From Polyangiaceae bacterium (GTDB taxonomy: Bacteria; Myxococcota_A; Polyangia; Polyangiales; Polyangiaceae): a DNA stretch of 64,000 nucleotides. The position numbers and the translations under genes are program-made. The stretch's first letter is position 1. Each line of letters opens with the position of its first letter. Of this stretch, positions 1-8,486 are shown one piece after another. The stretch spans positions 128,001-192,000 of the forward strand of contig JBILLK010000014.1 of the NCBI GenBank assembly GCA_044376115.1. The letters run 5' to 3'. The notes beneath the pieces are model-generated. The model was not told where the DNA came from. It did not search any database and saw nothing but the letters and a program-made list of their open reading frames with translations.

Positions 1-119
1 TTGCGGTGCTCGCTGGAGGCAAGGTGGTTGAGTTTGGGGAAGCGGAGGCGGTGCTCGCTGCGCCACGTGAAGAGGCTTCACGAGCGTTGCTCAAGGCTGC
101 AACCGCAGCGCTAGACTGA
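1..119 (+). CDS. 3' end of an ABC transporter ATP-binding protein (oligopeptide/dipeptide type), truncated by window edge
   Basis: Frame 3 reads AVLAGGKVVEFGEAEAVLAAPREEASRALLKAATAALD-stop (TGA 117-119). This matches the typical C-terminal ABC ATPase pattern AV...GKIVE.G....V...P......LL.A. Confidence 0.6.
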   Translation, partial: AVLAGGKVVEFGEAEAVLAAPREEASRALLKAATAALD

Positions 120-145
120 GTTCCGGCGGACCAACCTCTAGCAGG

Positions 146-1513
146 TCAAAGCTCCTCGATCCGCAACACGACTGGCGACTCGGGAAGCAGGGGCGTAAGC
201 GACTGTAGCGCCGATCGAACGGCGCCCTCTCGCGCTTGGTGCGTGACAAGGATGATGCGCGCTCGCTCGCCCTTCCCCTCCGATTGGCTCACTTGGGAAA
301 GCGAGACGCCATGTTCGGCGAGGGAGCTGGCGATACGCGCGAGCACCCCGGGACGGTCGCTCACCTCGAAACGAAGGTAATAGCGCAGCTCGAAGTCGGA
401 GCGCGGCATCAGGCTGCGAGCCTGAATCGGGCGGGCCCCCGTCACCATCCCAGGAACCCCAGCCACCAGCGACCGACCGACCTCGATCAGATCCGCTACC
501 ACCGAGACAGCGGTGGGCATGTCGCCTGCGCCGCGTCCGGAGATGAACAGCGGACCAAGCGCCCGGCCTTCCAACTTCACGGCGTTCTGCGCACCGGAAA
601 CGTTGGCCCACACGCTCGACTGGCGAACCAACGCGGGGTGCGCACGGAGCTCGACGGCGCTGCCATGGTCGCGGCCCACGACCAGATGTTTGACGCTGTA
701 GCCAAGCTTGCTCGCTGCCTCGATATCAACCGAGGAAAGCGCAGCGATGCCTTCCACCATAAGGGCGTTGAGATCGCTGGGCGGCTTTGCGCCAAACGCC
801 AGCATCGCCAAAACCAAGAGCTTCTGCGCAGCGTCGTGACCGCCGATATCGAGCGATGGATCCGCCTCCGCGAAGCCCTTCGCTTGCGCCTCGGCGAGCG
901 CGCTCTCGAAGGAAACGCCAGCGTCACTCATCTGCGTGAGGATGTAGTTCGAGGTACCGTTCAGGATGCCGGCAAGCGCGAACACCTCATCGCTCGCGGC
1001 CGCGTCGCGCAGCGTCCGAATGATCGGAATGCCGCCGCCTACCGCTGCTTCAAACGCCAGATCGACCTGGTGATGAGCGGCCAGTTCGAGCAGCGCGGTG
1101 CCACGGGCGGCCAGCAAAGCTTTGTTGGCCGTCACGACACAACGACCTCGGCTGAGAGCGCCCTCGATCAGGCGGCCAGAAAGCTCGAGCCCGCCCATGA
1201 CCTCGACGAAAACGTCGATATCGGGGTCGTTGAGCAGCTCATCCGGGTTGGTGGTCAGCGCGATGCCCGCCGCTTGCGGTGCGCGCGGTTTGGCCAGATC
1301 GCGGACAAGGATCTTCGAAACTACGATGGGAACGCCAACGCGCTGGGCAAGCTGCGCCGAGTTCTTTTCTAACAAAGAGAGCACGCCGCCACCGACCACC
1401 CCGCACCCGAGTAGGCCTACGCGTATGGGGTTTCCGCCGCGGGGGCGGCGCCGTTCCGTTGCGGGACGGCCGGTTGGGGAAGCTGGAGTGACCTCGGTAT
1501 CGGACGGGCTCAT
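146..1513 (-). CDS. hom: Homoserine dehydrogenase with C-terminal ACT domain
   Basis: IRVGLLGCGVVGGGV Rossmann motif, VVTANKAL, FEAAVGGGIPII, GILNGTSNYIL, GFAEADPSLDIGGHDAAQK, GRGAG..PTA, and ACT domain DRPGVLARIA. Start trimmed to ATG 1513 because the longer ORF overlaps the divergent gene. Confidence 0.95.
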   Translation of the reverse strand: MSPSDTEVTPASPTGRPATERRRPRGGNPIRVGLLGCGVVGGGVLSLLEKNSAQLAQRVGVPIVVSKILVRDLAKPRAPQAAGIALTTNPDELLNDPDIDVFVEVMGGLELSGRLIEGALSRGRCVVTANKALLAARGTALLELAAHHQVDLAFEAAVGGGIPIIRTLRDAAASDEVFALAGILNGTSNYILTQMSDAGVSFESALAEAQAKGFAEADPSLDIGGHDAAQKLLVLAMLAFGAKPPSDLNALMVEGIAALSSVDIEAASKLGYSVKHLVVGRDHGSAVELRAHPALVRQSSVWANVSGAQNAVKLEGRALGPLFISGRGAGDMPTAVSVVADLIEVGRSLVAGVPGMVTGARPIQARSLMPRSDFELRYYLRFEVSDRPGVLARIASSLAEHGVSLSQVSQSEGKGERARIILVTHQAREGAVRSALQSLTPLLPESPVVLRIEEL

Positions 1514-1577
1514 GAGGTCAGCGAGTCTAAACCTTCTCCCGCATGTACGTGACGGTAGAGCGTGTATGCTCCCCGCC

Positions 1578-3446
1578 ATGTCGGAAAAAGGCTTCATGGG
1601 CGGCTCGATGAAGTTTGCGGTTGGAGAGGGCGACGGCCCTGCTGAGGTTCCCGAAGGACCGTTGCTTCCCCTTCGGCTGTTGTTGGTCACCTCGCTCGTC
1701 CCGTCGGACGACAGCAACGGAGGAGCCTCTGCACCGCAGAGCCCCGTTCGGATTGACCTCTCGAACCCAGCAGGCCTGTTCGCGAAGATCCGGCCGCGCG
1801 CGGTGATTGAGGTGCCCAGCGTGCTCGACGGCGGGCGGCCGGTGAAGGTCGAGTTTGCGCCGCAGAACCTTCGTAGCTTCCGGCCGGATGGGTTGCTGGC
1901 GGAGGTATCGATCTTGCGCACCCTGCTCGACGGAAAGCTGATCATCGATCGACTGCGCGCCGCAGAGATCACCGAGGATCAAGCCTACGGTCAGCTCGAA
2001 CGAGCATGGGGTAGCTCTACCCTCGTGACCGACGTCCTTGGACGCGAGCCGGTGGCGCGCAAGCCGGAGGCCGCGCTCTTGCCGCAACCAGCAGCACCAA
2101 AGCCTCAGACCGCGGGGTCATCGGCCCTCGACTCTCTGCTCGACATGGTGGACATCCCCGAGTCGACAGCCCCTGTGGTCGATGATGCGCCGAAGAACAC
2201 GGACCAGATCGGTCGCATCATTTCGGAGTTTGCGCTCGGAGGCCGCGCACGAGCTGGCCGGGGAAAGACGGGCATCCCGCTCGTGGAGGAGGCCATCGCT
2301 GCGCAGCTCGGTGCCATCCTCCAACACCCGGAGGTTCGCCGACTCGAGCGTTCCTACCGCGCAATCAACTTCCTTTGCGAACGTGCACAACGCATCCCCG
2401 GCGTACTGCTCGACGTTCAGGGAATTGGCGCGGACGGCGCAGCGGCAGCCTTCAAACAGGCCCTCGGCTTCGGTCGCGACGTACCGTTCTCACTCGCCGT
2501 CGTCGATAGTGACATCGACGGAACGGGGCGCTCCTTCTCCGAACTCGAAGCGATCGCCGAAGCAGCGCAAGACGCAGTTTGCCCGGCCATCGTCAACGGC
2601 ACCGAGAAGCTGCTGGGCGTCGGAGATCTCGAGCGAGTCGAGAAGCTCGACAGCAAGCTCAACCTTTACACCGCGCCGCATCGTGCGCCCTGGCGAAGCG
2701 CTGCAGAGAAGCCGGCCTTGCGCTGGGTGGCGATCGCCATCAACGGGGTGCTGTTTCGCGCGCCCTACGACAAACAGAGTTCTCGTGTTCGCGAAGCCAA
2801 CGTCCGTGAGACGCCGAACGACCAGGAGGCCTTCGTTTGGATGGCGCCAGCCTTCGCAGTGGCAGCGGTGACGATCCAAAGCTTCAAAGATACGGGCTGG
2901 CCGGGCCGTATCACCGGCGCACGGCATGGCCAGGTCGAGAACCTCCCCGTGCGCGAGATCGAAGACGACGGCGTGCCCATCGCCATTCCCACCCAAGCCT
3001 TCATCAGCACAGAGACGCAACGAGAGCTCTCGCGCATCGGTATTCTTGCGCTTTCATCGGCGCCCAATAGCGACGCCGTCTACTTGCACACAGCGCCCAC
3101 GGCTTACGTAAAGCCGGACAAGAAGACCTACGATATCGCTGGGGAAGAGCTCGAGAACCGACCGCCGGCGATGTCCCTCGTCGACCAGTTGTTCGTCGCT
3201 CGCTTGGTCCAGTTTGCGCGGGCGATCTGCAGCAAGCTACCGAGAGAGACCTCCAGCGCAGAGGCGCAAGAAATTCTGGCAGCGGCGACTTGGGCCTTGT
3301 TCGAGAAAGCGCCGCCCTCGGGGCCTTCACTCAAGGTTACCGTCAGTCACGATAGCGACGGGCCAGTCGCTCGCTTCATCGTTGAACCAAGGCGGTTCCT
3401 TGGCGTTTCGCTCGAAGAGTTCTCGTTTGAAATGCCGATCGGCTGA
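1578..3446 (+). CDS. Divergent T6SS sheath protein: TssB-like N-terminal domain fused to a TssC-like domain
   Basis: N-terminal LPLRLLLV..PVRIDLSN..LRSFRPDGLLAEVSILRTLL aligns by eye to the TssB in this window (LPLKLLML..PISIDKDN..LSDMEPEAVANQVPELKKLL). C-terminal QLGAILQHPEVRRLERSYRAINFL, VENLPV and IPTQAFIS..RELS..GILAL align to the TssC here (QLDEIIHHAQFQKLESAWRGLKFL, VENLPL, IPTEIMIT..YELSEEGFIAL). Start 1578 or 1566. Confidence 0.85.
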   Translation: MSEKGFMGGSMKFAVGEGDGPAEVPEGPLLPLRLLLVTSLVPSDDSNGGASAPQSPVRIDLSNPAGLFAKIRPRAVIEVPSVLDGGRPVKVEFAPQNLRSFRPDGLLAEVSILRTLLDGKLIIDRLRAAEITEDQAYGQLERAWGSSTLVTDVLGREPVARKPEAALLPQPAAPKPQTAGSSALDSLLDMVDIPESTAPVVDDAPKNTDQIGRIISEFALGGRARAGRGKTGIPLVEEAIAAQLGAILQHPEVRRLERSYRAINFLCERAQRIPGVLLDVQGIGADGAAAAFKQALGFGRDVPFSLAVVDSDIDGTGRSFSELEAIAEAAQDAVCPAIVNGTEKLLGVGDLERVEKLDSKLNLYTAPHRAPWRSAAEKPALRWVAIAINGVLFRAPYDKQSSRVREANVRETPNDQEAFVWMAPAFAVAAVTIQSFKDTGWPGRITGARHGQVENLPVREIEDDGVPIAIPTQAFISTETQRELSRIGILALSSAPNSDAVYLHTAPTAYVKPDKKTYDIAGEELENRPPAMSLVDQLFVARLVQFARAICSKLPRETSSAEAQEILAAATWALFEKAPPSGPSLKVTVSHDSDGPVARFIVEPRRFLGVSLEEFSFEMPIG

Positions 3447-3454
3447 GGTGCAGC

Positions 3455-5683
3455 GTGCGAGTCGTATGTGTCGGAGGCGGGCCCGCCTCACTTTACTTCG
3501 CCATCCTCACGAAGAAGCGCAACGCTTCGGACGAGGTCGTCGTTTACGAACGCAACAAGAAGGATGACACCTTCGGTTTCGGCGTCGTGTTCTCCGACAA
3601 GACGCTCGAGAACCTCGGAGAGATCGACGCTGAGAGCTACCAAGCGATCACCCGCGCGTTCCACCATTGGGACGCGATCGACGTGCACGTCCACGGCGAA
3701 GTTCTCACCTCGCGGGGGCATGGCTTCTCCGGCATCGGCCGGCCAAAGTTGCTTTCGATCCTCGCGCAGCGTGCGGTCGAACTCGGCGTCCAGATCGAAT
3801 ACGAGACCGAGGTCGCCGACGACGACGCGCGACTCAAAGGTGCGGATCTGGTGGTGGTCGCGGATGGCGTGAACAGCGCGCTACGCGAAGCGGGCAAAGC
3901 CGATTTCCGACCGACGATCGAGTTCCGTCCCCATCGCTTCGTGTGGCTCGGCACGACGTTTCCCTTCGAAGCCTTCACCTTCTACTTCCGCGAGGCCGAG
4001 GCCGGCCTCTTTCAGGTTCACGCCTATCGCTATGAGGAGGGTCGCTCCACCTTCATCGTCGAATGCTCGGAGGCGGTGTTCCAACGAACGGGTCTGCGCG
4101 AGAACGACGAGGACGCGACGCTGCGTTATCTCGAGAACGTCTTCAAAGTCGAACTAGCCGGCTATCCGCTCTTGAAGAACCGGTCGATTTGGCGTCAGTT
4201 CCCCGTCGTTTCCAACGCTTCCTGGGTGAGCGGCAACCGCGTCTTACTCGGCGACGCAGCGCATACAGCCCACTTTTCGATCGGCTCGGGGACCAAGCTC
4301 GCCCTGGAGGACGCGGTCGCGCTCCACGAGGCGCTCGGTCTCCATCCCAGCGTCCAGGTCGCACTTGCGCATTACGATCGCGAGCGCCGGCCAGGCGTAA
4401 GTTCAATTCAGCGAGCAGCCCAGGTCAGCCTCGAGTGGTTCGAGAACACCGAGCGCCACATCAAGAAGGACGCGCTTCACTTCACCTTCTCCTTGCTCAC
4501 CCGAAGTCTGCGCGTCACCCACGAGAACCTCGCCAAACGAGACCCAGAGTTCGTGGCCCGAGTGGATCGTGACTTTGCGCAGGGGCGAGCCGAAGCCCCT
4601 CCCATGTTCCATCCGTTGCAACTGCGCGGGCGCGTGATCCCCAATCGCATCGCGCTCTCGCCGATGTGCATGTACAGCGCGGAGGACGGCACGCCGAGCG
4701 ACTTCCACCTGGTGCACCTCGGGAGTCGCGCGGTGGGCGGAGCAGGCCTGATCATGACCGAGATGACCGACGTCTCACGGGACGGTCGCATCACCACCGG
4801 TTGCACGGGGATGTACAAGCCCGAGCACGTTACCGCTTGGCGCCGAATCACCGACTTCGTTCATCGCGAGAGTCCTGCGCTGATCGGGTTGCAGCTTGGC
4901 CACGCAGGTCGCAAAGGCGCAACGCTTCCGCCCTGGCAGGGCGCCGACGTGCCGATTCCCGACGCGGAAGAAGCCTGGGAACTGCTGGCTCCCAGCGCGC
5001 TCCCTTGGAGCGAACGCAACGTACTGCCGCGCGAAATGACCGAGCACGACATGCAAGCGGTGCTCGAAGCGTTCGTTCGCAGCACTGAAATGGCGTTGGC
5101 TGCCGACTTCGATCTGGTCGAGCTTCATTGCGCGCACGGCTACCTGCTCTCGACGTTTCTTTCGCCGCTTACCAACCAACGGACCGATTCATACGGCGGA
5201 TCGATCGACAATCGCATGCGGTTTCCGCTGCAGGTCTTCGAGGCGATGCGGCGGCAATGGCCGAGCGATCGGCCGATGACGGTCCGCGTCAGCGCGAGCG
5301 ACTGGGCGCCCGGCGGAACCAGCGAGCACGATCTGCTGACGTTCTGCAAAGCGCTCGCGGCCGCTGGCTGCGATTTGATCGACGTTTCGAGCGGCAGCAT
5401 GGTGATTGAGCAGAAGCCACGTTACGGCCGGCTTTACCAGGTCCCCTTCGCCGAGCTCGTTCGCAGCGAGGTCAACGTCCCGGTCGCGGCCGTTGGCAAT
5501 ATCTCGAGCTACACCGACGTCAACACGGTGCTGGCGGCCCGTCGCGCAGACCTCTGCTTCATCGCTCGGGCTCACCTATTCGACCCGTATTGGACTAGGC
5601 ACGCCGCGCAGGCCCAAAGCTACGAGCTTCCCTGGCCGAAGCCCTACGGAGTGCTCCGCGGCTACAATCCCCGCCTCGCTTGA
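3455..5683 (+). CDS. Bifunctional salicylyl-CoA 5-hydroxylase / 2-aminobenzoyl-CoA monooxygenase-reductase family (FAD monooxygenase + old yellow enzyme domain)
   Basis: GGGPASLY FAD motif, TFGFGVVFSD, LGDAAHTAHFSIGSGTKLALEDA; C-terminal OYE barrel NRIALSPMCMYSA, QLGHAGRK, HCAHGYLLSTFLSPLTNQRTDSYGGS. Confidence 0.9.
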   Translation: MRVVCVGGGPASLYFAILTKKRNASDEVVVYERNKKDDTFGFGVVFSDKTLENLGEIDAESYQAITRAFHHWDAIDVHVHGEVLTSRGHGFSGIGRPKLLSILAQRAVELGVQIEYETEVADDDARLKGADLVVVADGVNSALREAGKADFRPTIEFRPHRFVWLGTTFPFEAFTFYFREAEAGLFQVHAYRYEEGRSTFIVECSEAVFQRTGLRENDEDATLRYLENVFKVELAGYPLLKNRSIWRQFPVVSNASWVSGNRVLLGDAAHTAHFSIGSGTKLALEDAVALHEALGLHPSVQVALAHYDRERRPGVSSIQRAAQVSLEWFENTERHIKKDALHFTFSLLTRSLRVTHENLAKRDPEFVARVDRDFAQGRAEAPPMFHPLQLRGRVIPNRIALSPMCMYSAEDGTPSDFHLVHLGSRAVGGAGLIMTEMTDVSRDGRITTGCTGMYKPEHVTAWRRITDFVHRESPALIGLQLGHAGRKGATLPPWQGADVPIPDAEEAWELLAPSALPWSERNVLPREMTEHDMQAVLEAFVRSTEMALAADFDLVELHCAHGYLLSTFLSPLTNQRTDSYGGSIDNRMRFPLQVFEAMRRQWPSDRPMTVRVSASDWAPGGTSEHDLLTFCKALAAAGCDLIDVSSGSMVIEQKPRYGRLYQVPFAELVRSEVNVPVAAVGNISSYTDVNTVLAARRADLCFIARAHLFDPYWTRHAAQAQSYELPWPKPYGVLRGYNPRLA

Positions 5684-5752
5684 ATGAGCCTTAACCTCAA
5701 CATCTGGTAGCCGCCGAACAATTCTGCGGGTACGTCAAGCACGGGGAGAACC

Positions 5753-6700
5753 ATGGGGCCAGTCAAGCCTGTCGACACAACGACGGAGATCGAGACCCCG
5801 GAGCACATCCGCTTCCAGCACCATGTTGCGGGACCAGCACGTCGCTTCTTTGCGTACTTGATCGACTTGATGATTCGCGGTGCGCTGCTCGCGGCGCTCG
5901 GCTTCGCTCTGGTGCTTGGGGGCGTGGCCGTTGGAGACAGTCTCGGTCAAGCTTCGGTCGGCGTCCTGCTGCTCGTGGCCTTCTTGCTCGAGTGGTTCTA
6001 CTACATCCTATTCGAGGTCGTTTGGAGCGGCCGAACCCCTGGAAAGCGTGCGTTGAGTTTGCGCGTGATCGGGGATGGTGGTCAGCCTCTCACCTTCGGT
6101 CAGAGTTTGATCCGCAACCTGTTACGCGCCGCCGACCTACTGCCTACCGCGGGGAGCCTTCCCACCTACGGAATCGGCGTGTTGGTGATGGGCAAAGATG
6201 AGCGCTTCCGAAGGCTCGGGGACTTGGCTGCCGGAACCATGGTGATCGTCGAGAAGCGCACGACGGTCGATGCGCCTCTCAACATTCACCCGCTACCCTC
6301 GCCACAAGAGCTCGCCAACCTGCCGCAGCGACTACCGATCGACGGGGAAGAACTCGAGGCGATCGAGCTCTTGCTGCGCCGTGAGTACCGGCTCTCACCT
6401 GCCCGGATCTACGAGCTTGCGTCGCTTGTCGCGGGCATCTTCGCCAAGCGTCTGCACGTGCGAGTTCACGATCCAGTGCGCTTTCTGAAGGTGCTCTACG
6501 CTCGCTCTCGCGGCATGACCGCGGAAGTCAACGCACCCGCGCCTCCTTCCAACGTTCCCTTCGGAGCGGCCGGTTGGGCGCCTCCCCACCTTCAAGGTCA
6601 GGGCTGGCACGGGCCTCATGCAGGCCCAGGTTGGGCGCCACCGGGGCAACCTGGTCAACGGCCACCCTATGGCGCTTGGCCCCCGCGAGGTGCCTCGTGA
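5753..6700 (+). CDS. RDD family membrane protein with Pro/Gly-rich C-terminal tail
   Basis: ETPE, RRFFAYLIDL, GRTPGKRALSLRV, RNLLRAAD, RRLGDLAAGTMV motifs; hydrophobic helices; SD GGGGAG upstream. Confidence 0.9.
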   Translation: MGPVKPVDTTTEIETPEHIRFQHHVAGPARRFFAYLIDLMIRGALLAALGFALVLGGVAVGDSLGQASVGVLLLVAFLLEWFYYILFEVVWSGRTPGKRALSLRVIGDGGQPLTFGQSLIRNLLRAADLLPTAGSLPTYGIGVLVMGKDERFRRLGDLAAGTMVIVEKRTTVDAPLNIHPLPSPQELANLPQRLPIDGEELEAIELLLRREYRLSPARIYELASLVAGIFAKRLHVRVHDPVRFLKVLYARSRGMTAEVNAPAPPSNVPFGAAGWAPPHLQGQGWHGPHAGPGWAPPGQPGQRPPYGAWPPRGAS

Positions 6701-7698
6701 TTCCGCAAGACGAGTTCATTCGACGAAGAAGCCAAGAGTGGAACGAGCTCGATCACGCCATTGGTTCTGGCGGCGCGCTCCACCACAAAGACGGGCCGGT
6801 CATCTCGCGCATTGCCTCGCTCTACCGCTCCTTGTGCAACGATCTGACCCGCGCCGAGAGCTCACGCTACACACCCGACCTGCTCGACTACCTGCATGGC
6901 CTTGCAGGGCGCACGCACAACGTTCTGTACGGCGCCAAGCCGATGCGAGTCTTCTCGGCGGCCAAGCTGCTGTTCGTGGACTTTCCGATCGAACTGCGAC
7001 GCAACTGGCGGCTGTTCGTCATCAGTTGCGCGCTCTTTCTCGTACCGTGGGCCATCGGACTGTTCGGCGCGCTCACCTCCAGTTCGTTCGCGGGGGAAGT
7101 GCTACCGCGCGCCATGCTCGACCAAATGGCCGACGCGTATAGCCACGGTTTCTCCGCAGGCCGAGATGGCGGTCAAGACGCGCAGATGGCTGGGTTCTAC
7201 GTCTACAACAACGTTGGGATCGCCTTCCGCTGCTTCGCGACAGGGATCTTGTTCGGCGTCGGGACCATCTTCTTTCTCATCTACAACGGCCTGATGATCG
7301 GAACCGTCACCGGGTACGTGATGACCACCGGCGGCGGCACCAACATCTGGACCTTCATGTGCGGCCACGGCCCTTGGGAGATCACGGCCATCTTCATCTC
7401 CGGTGGTGCGGGCCTCCAGATGGGCTACTCGCTCATCGCCACTGAAGGGCTGACCCGCTTCGCGTCGATGAAGCGGCACTTGCGCTCGATCGTCGCGCAG
7501 GTCGTGGGCGCGGCCGCAATGCTGACCATCGCGGCCGCAATCGAAGGATTCTGGTCTCCGAGCGCGCTCCCCAACGAGGTGAAGTGGGCGTTTGGCGCCA
7601 TCAACCTTACGATCGTCGTACTGTTCTTGAGCCTCGGAGGGCGCGGCGCGACGTCCTCCATGGCGGGCCCAGGCACGCGAATGTGGGGCAGCCAATGA
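6697..7698 (+). CDS. Stage II sporulation protein M (SpoIIM/DUF95) family membrane protein
   Basis: NNVGIAFRCFATGI, YNGLMIG, HGPWEITAIFISGGAGL, AAAIEGFWSP. GTG start overlaps the RDD stop (GTGA). Confidence 0.88.
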   Translation: MIPQDEFIRRRSQEWNELDHAIGSGGALHHKDGPVISRIASLYRSLCNDLTRAESSRYTPDLLDYLHGLAGRTHNVLYGAKPMRVFSAAKLLFVDFPIELRRNWRLFVISCALFLVPWAIGLFGALTSSSFAGEVLPRAMLDQMADAYSHGFSAGRDGGQDAQMAGFYVYNNVGIAFRCFATGILFGVGTIFFLIYNGLMIGTVTGYVMTTGGGTNIWTFMCGHGPWEITAIFISGGAGLQMGYSLIATEGLTRFASMKRHLRSIVAQVVGAAAMLTIAAAIEGFWSPSALPNEVKWAFGAINLTIVVLFLSLGGRGATSSMAGPGTRMWGSQ

Positions 7699-8486
7699 AG
7701 CTCGACGCGTGCTCGTTGGTTCTTCGGCCTCGCACGGTGGCGGAGCTCTTGGATCTAGCGTGTCGCTTCACCTTCTCGGAGTCCGCCGCAAGCAACGTGC
7801 GAATTGGCGCGGCAGTGCTGCTACCGAGCTTCGCGTTGGGCTTGGCCGCGCGCTACCTGCTCGAGGTGGATGCGGTGTGGCTTTGGCTGATTGCCTTGCC
7901 GCTCGCCAATTGGTTGGAGGCCGCGTTTACCCTCTCGCTCTCGCGTCACCTGTTTGGCGAGAAGCTCTCGCTCGGCGGCGCACTCAAGTTGGTGCTGGGC
8001 CGGCTGTGGGCCTTCACGTTGGCCATTCTGGTCAAGGCCTTCATGTTTTGCCTCACAGGGATCTTTCTGATTGGCCCGTTTGTTTCGTGGCCCTCGGGAA
8101 CGCTCGTAAACGAGGCTGTGCTGCTCGAGGGAGCCTCAGGCACAGCCTCGTGGGGGAGAAGCCGCAACCTCGTGCAGCAGTCGCAGAGCGGGTTTGGCGC
8201 CGCAGCCTCGATTTTTGCGGCTCGCGTAGGCTTCGTTCTCTTGCTTGAGGCGCTTGGGCAGTCACTGACCACCGACTTGCTTCAACTGGGGAAGCCGTTT
8301 GGAAGCCTGTACGAAAATGGCTTCACTCCCTTCGCGCTGCTCGGGCTCTTGCTCTCGGTGCCGTTCACCGCGACCGTCCGGTTCCTCTTCTACGTCGACA
8401 CGCGGACGCGCGCGGACGGTTGGGACATTCAGGTGAAGCTGATGGCGATCCAAGCCAAGGCACAGAGCGAGGAAGCGTTCGCATGA
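7695..8486 (+). CDS. Multi-pass membrane protein typical of RDD/SpoIIM/MoxR clusters
   Basis: LRPRTVAELLDLA N-terminus and YVDTRTRADGWDI C-terminus, several TM segments; ATGA overlap with the previous stop. Confidence 0.75.
   Translation: MKLDACSLVLRPRTVAELLDLACRFTFSESAASNVRIGAAVLLPSFALGLAARYLLEVDAVWLWLIALPLANWLEAAFTLSLSRHLFGEKLSLGGALKLVLGRLWAFTLAILVKAFMFCLTGIFLIGPFVSWPSGTLVNEAVLLEGASGTASWGRSRNLVQQSQSGFGAAASIFAARVGFVLLLEALGQSLTTDLLQLGKPFGSLYENGFTPFALLGLLLSVPFTATVRFLFYVDTRTRADGWDIQVKLMAIQAKAQSEEAFA

Noticed and set aside
236..1372. 378-aa plus-strand ORF
   Set aside because: Antisense shadow of hom; no motifs; long shadow ORFs are expected in high-GC coding DNA.
1098..1972. Apparent long overlap between hom and the sheath-fusion ORFs
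   Set aside because: Artefact of longest-ORF starts; plausible starts are 1513 (minus) and 1578 (plus), leaving a short divergent spacer.
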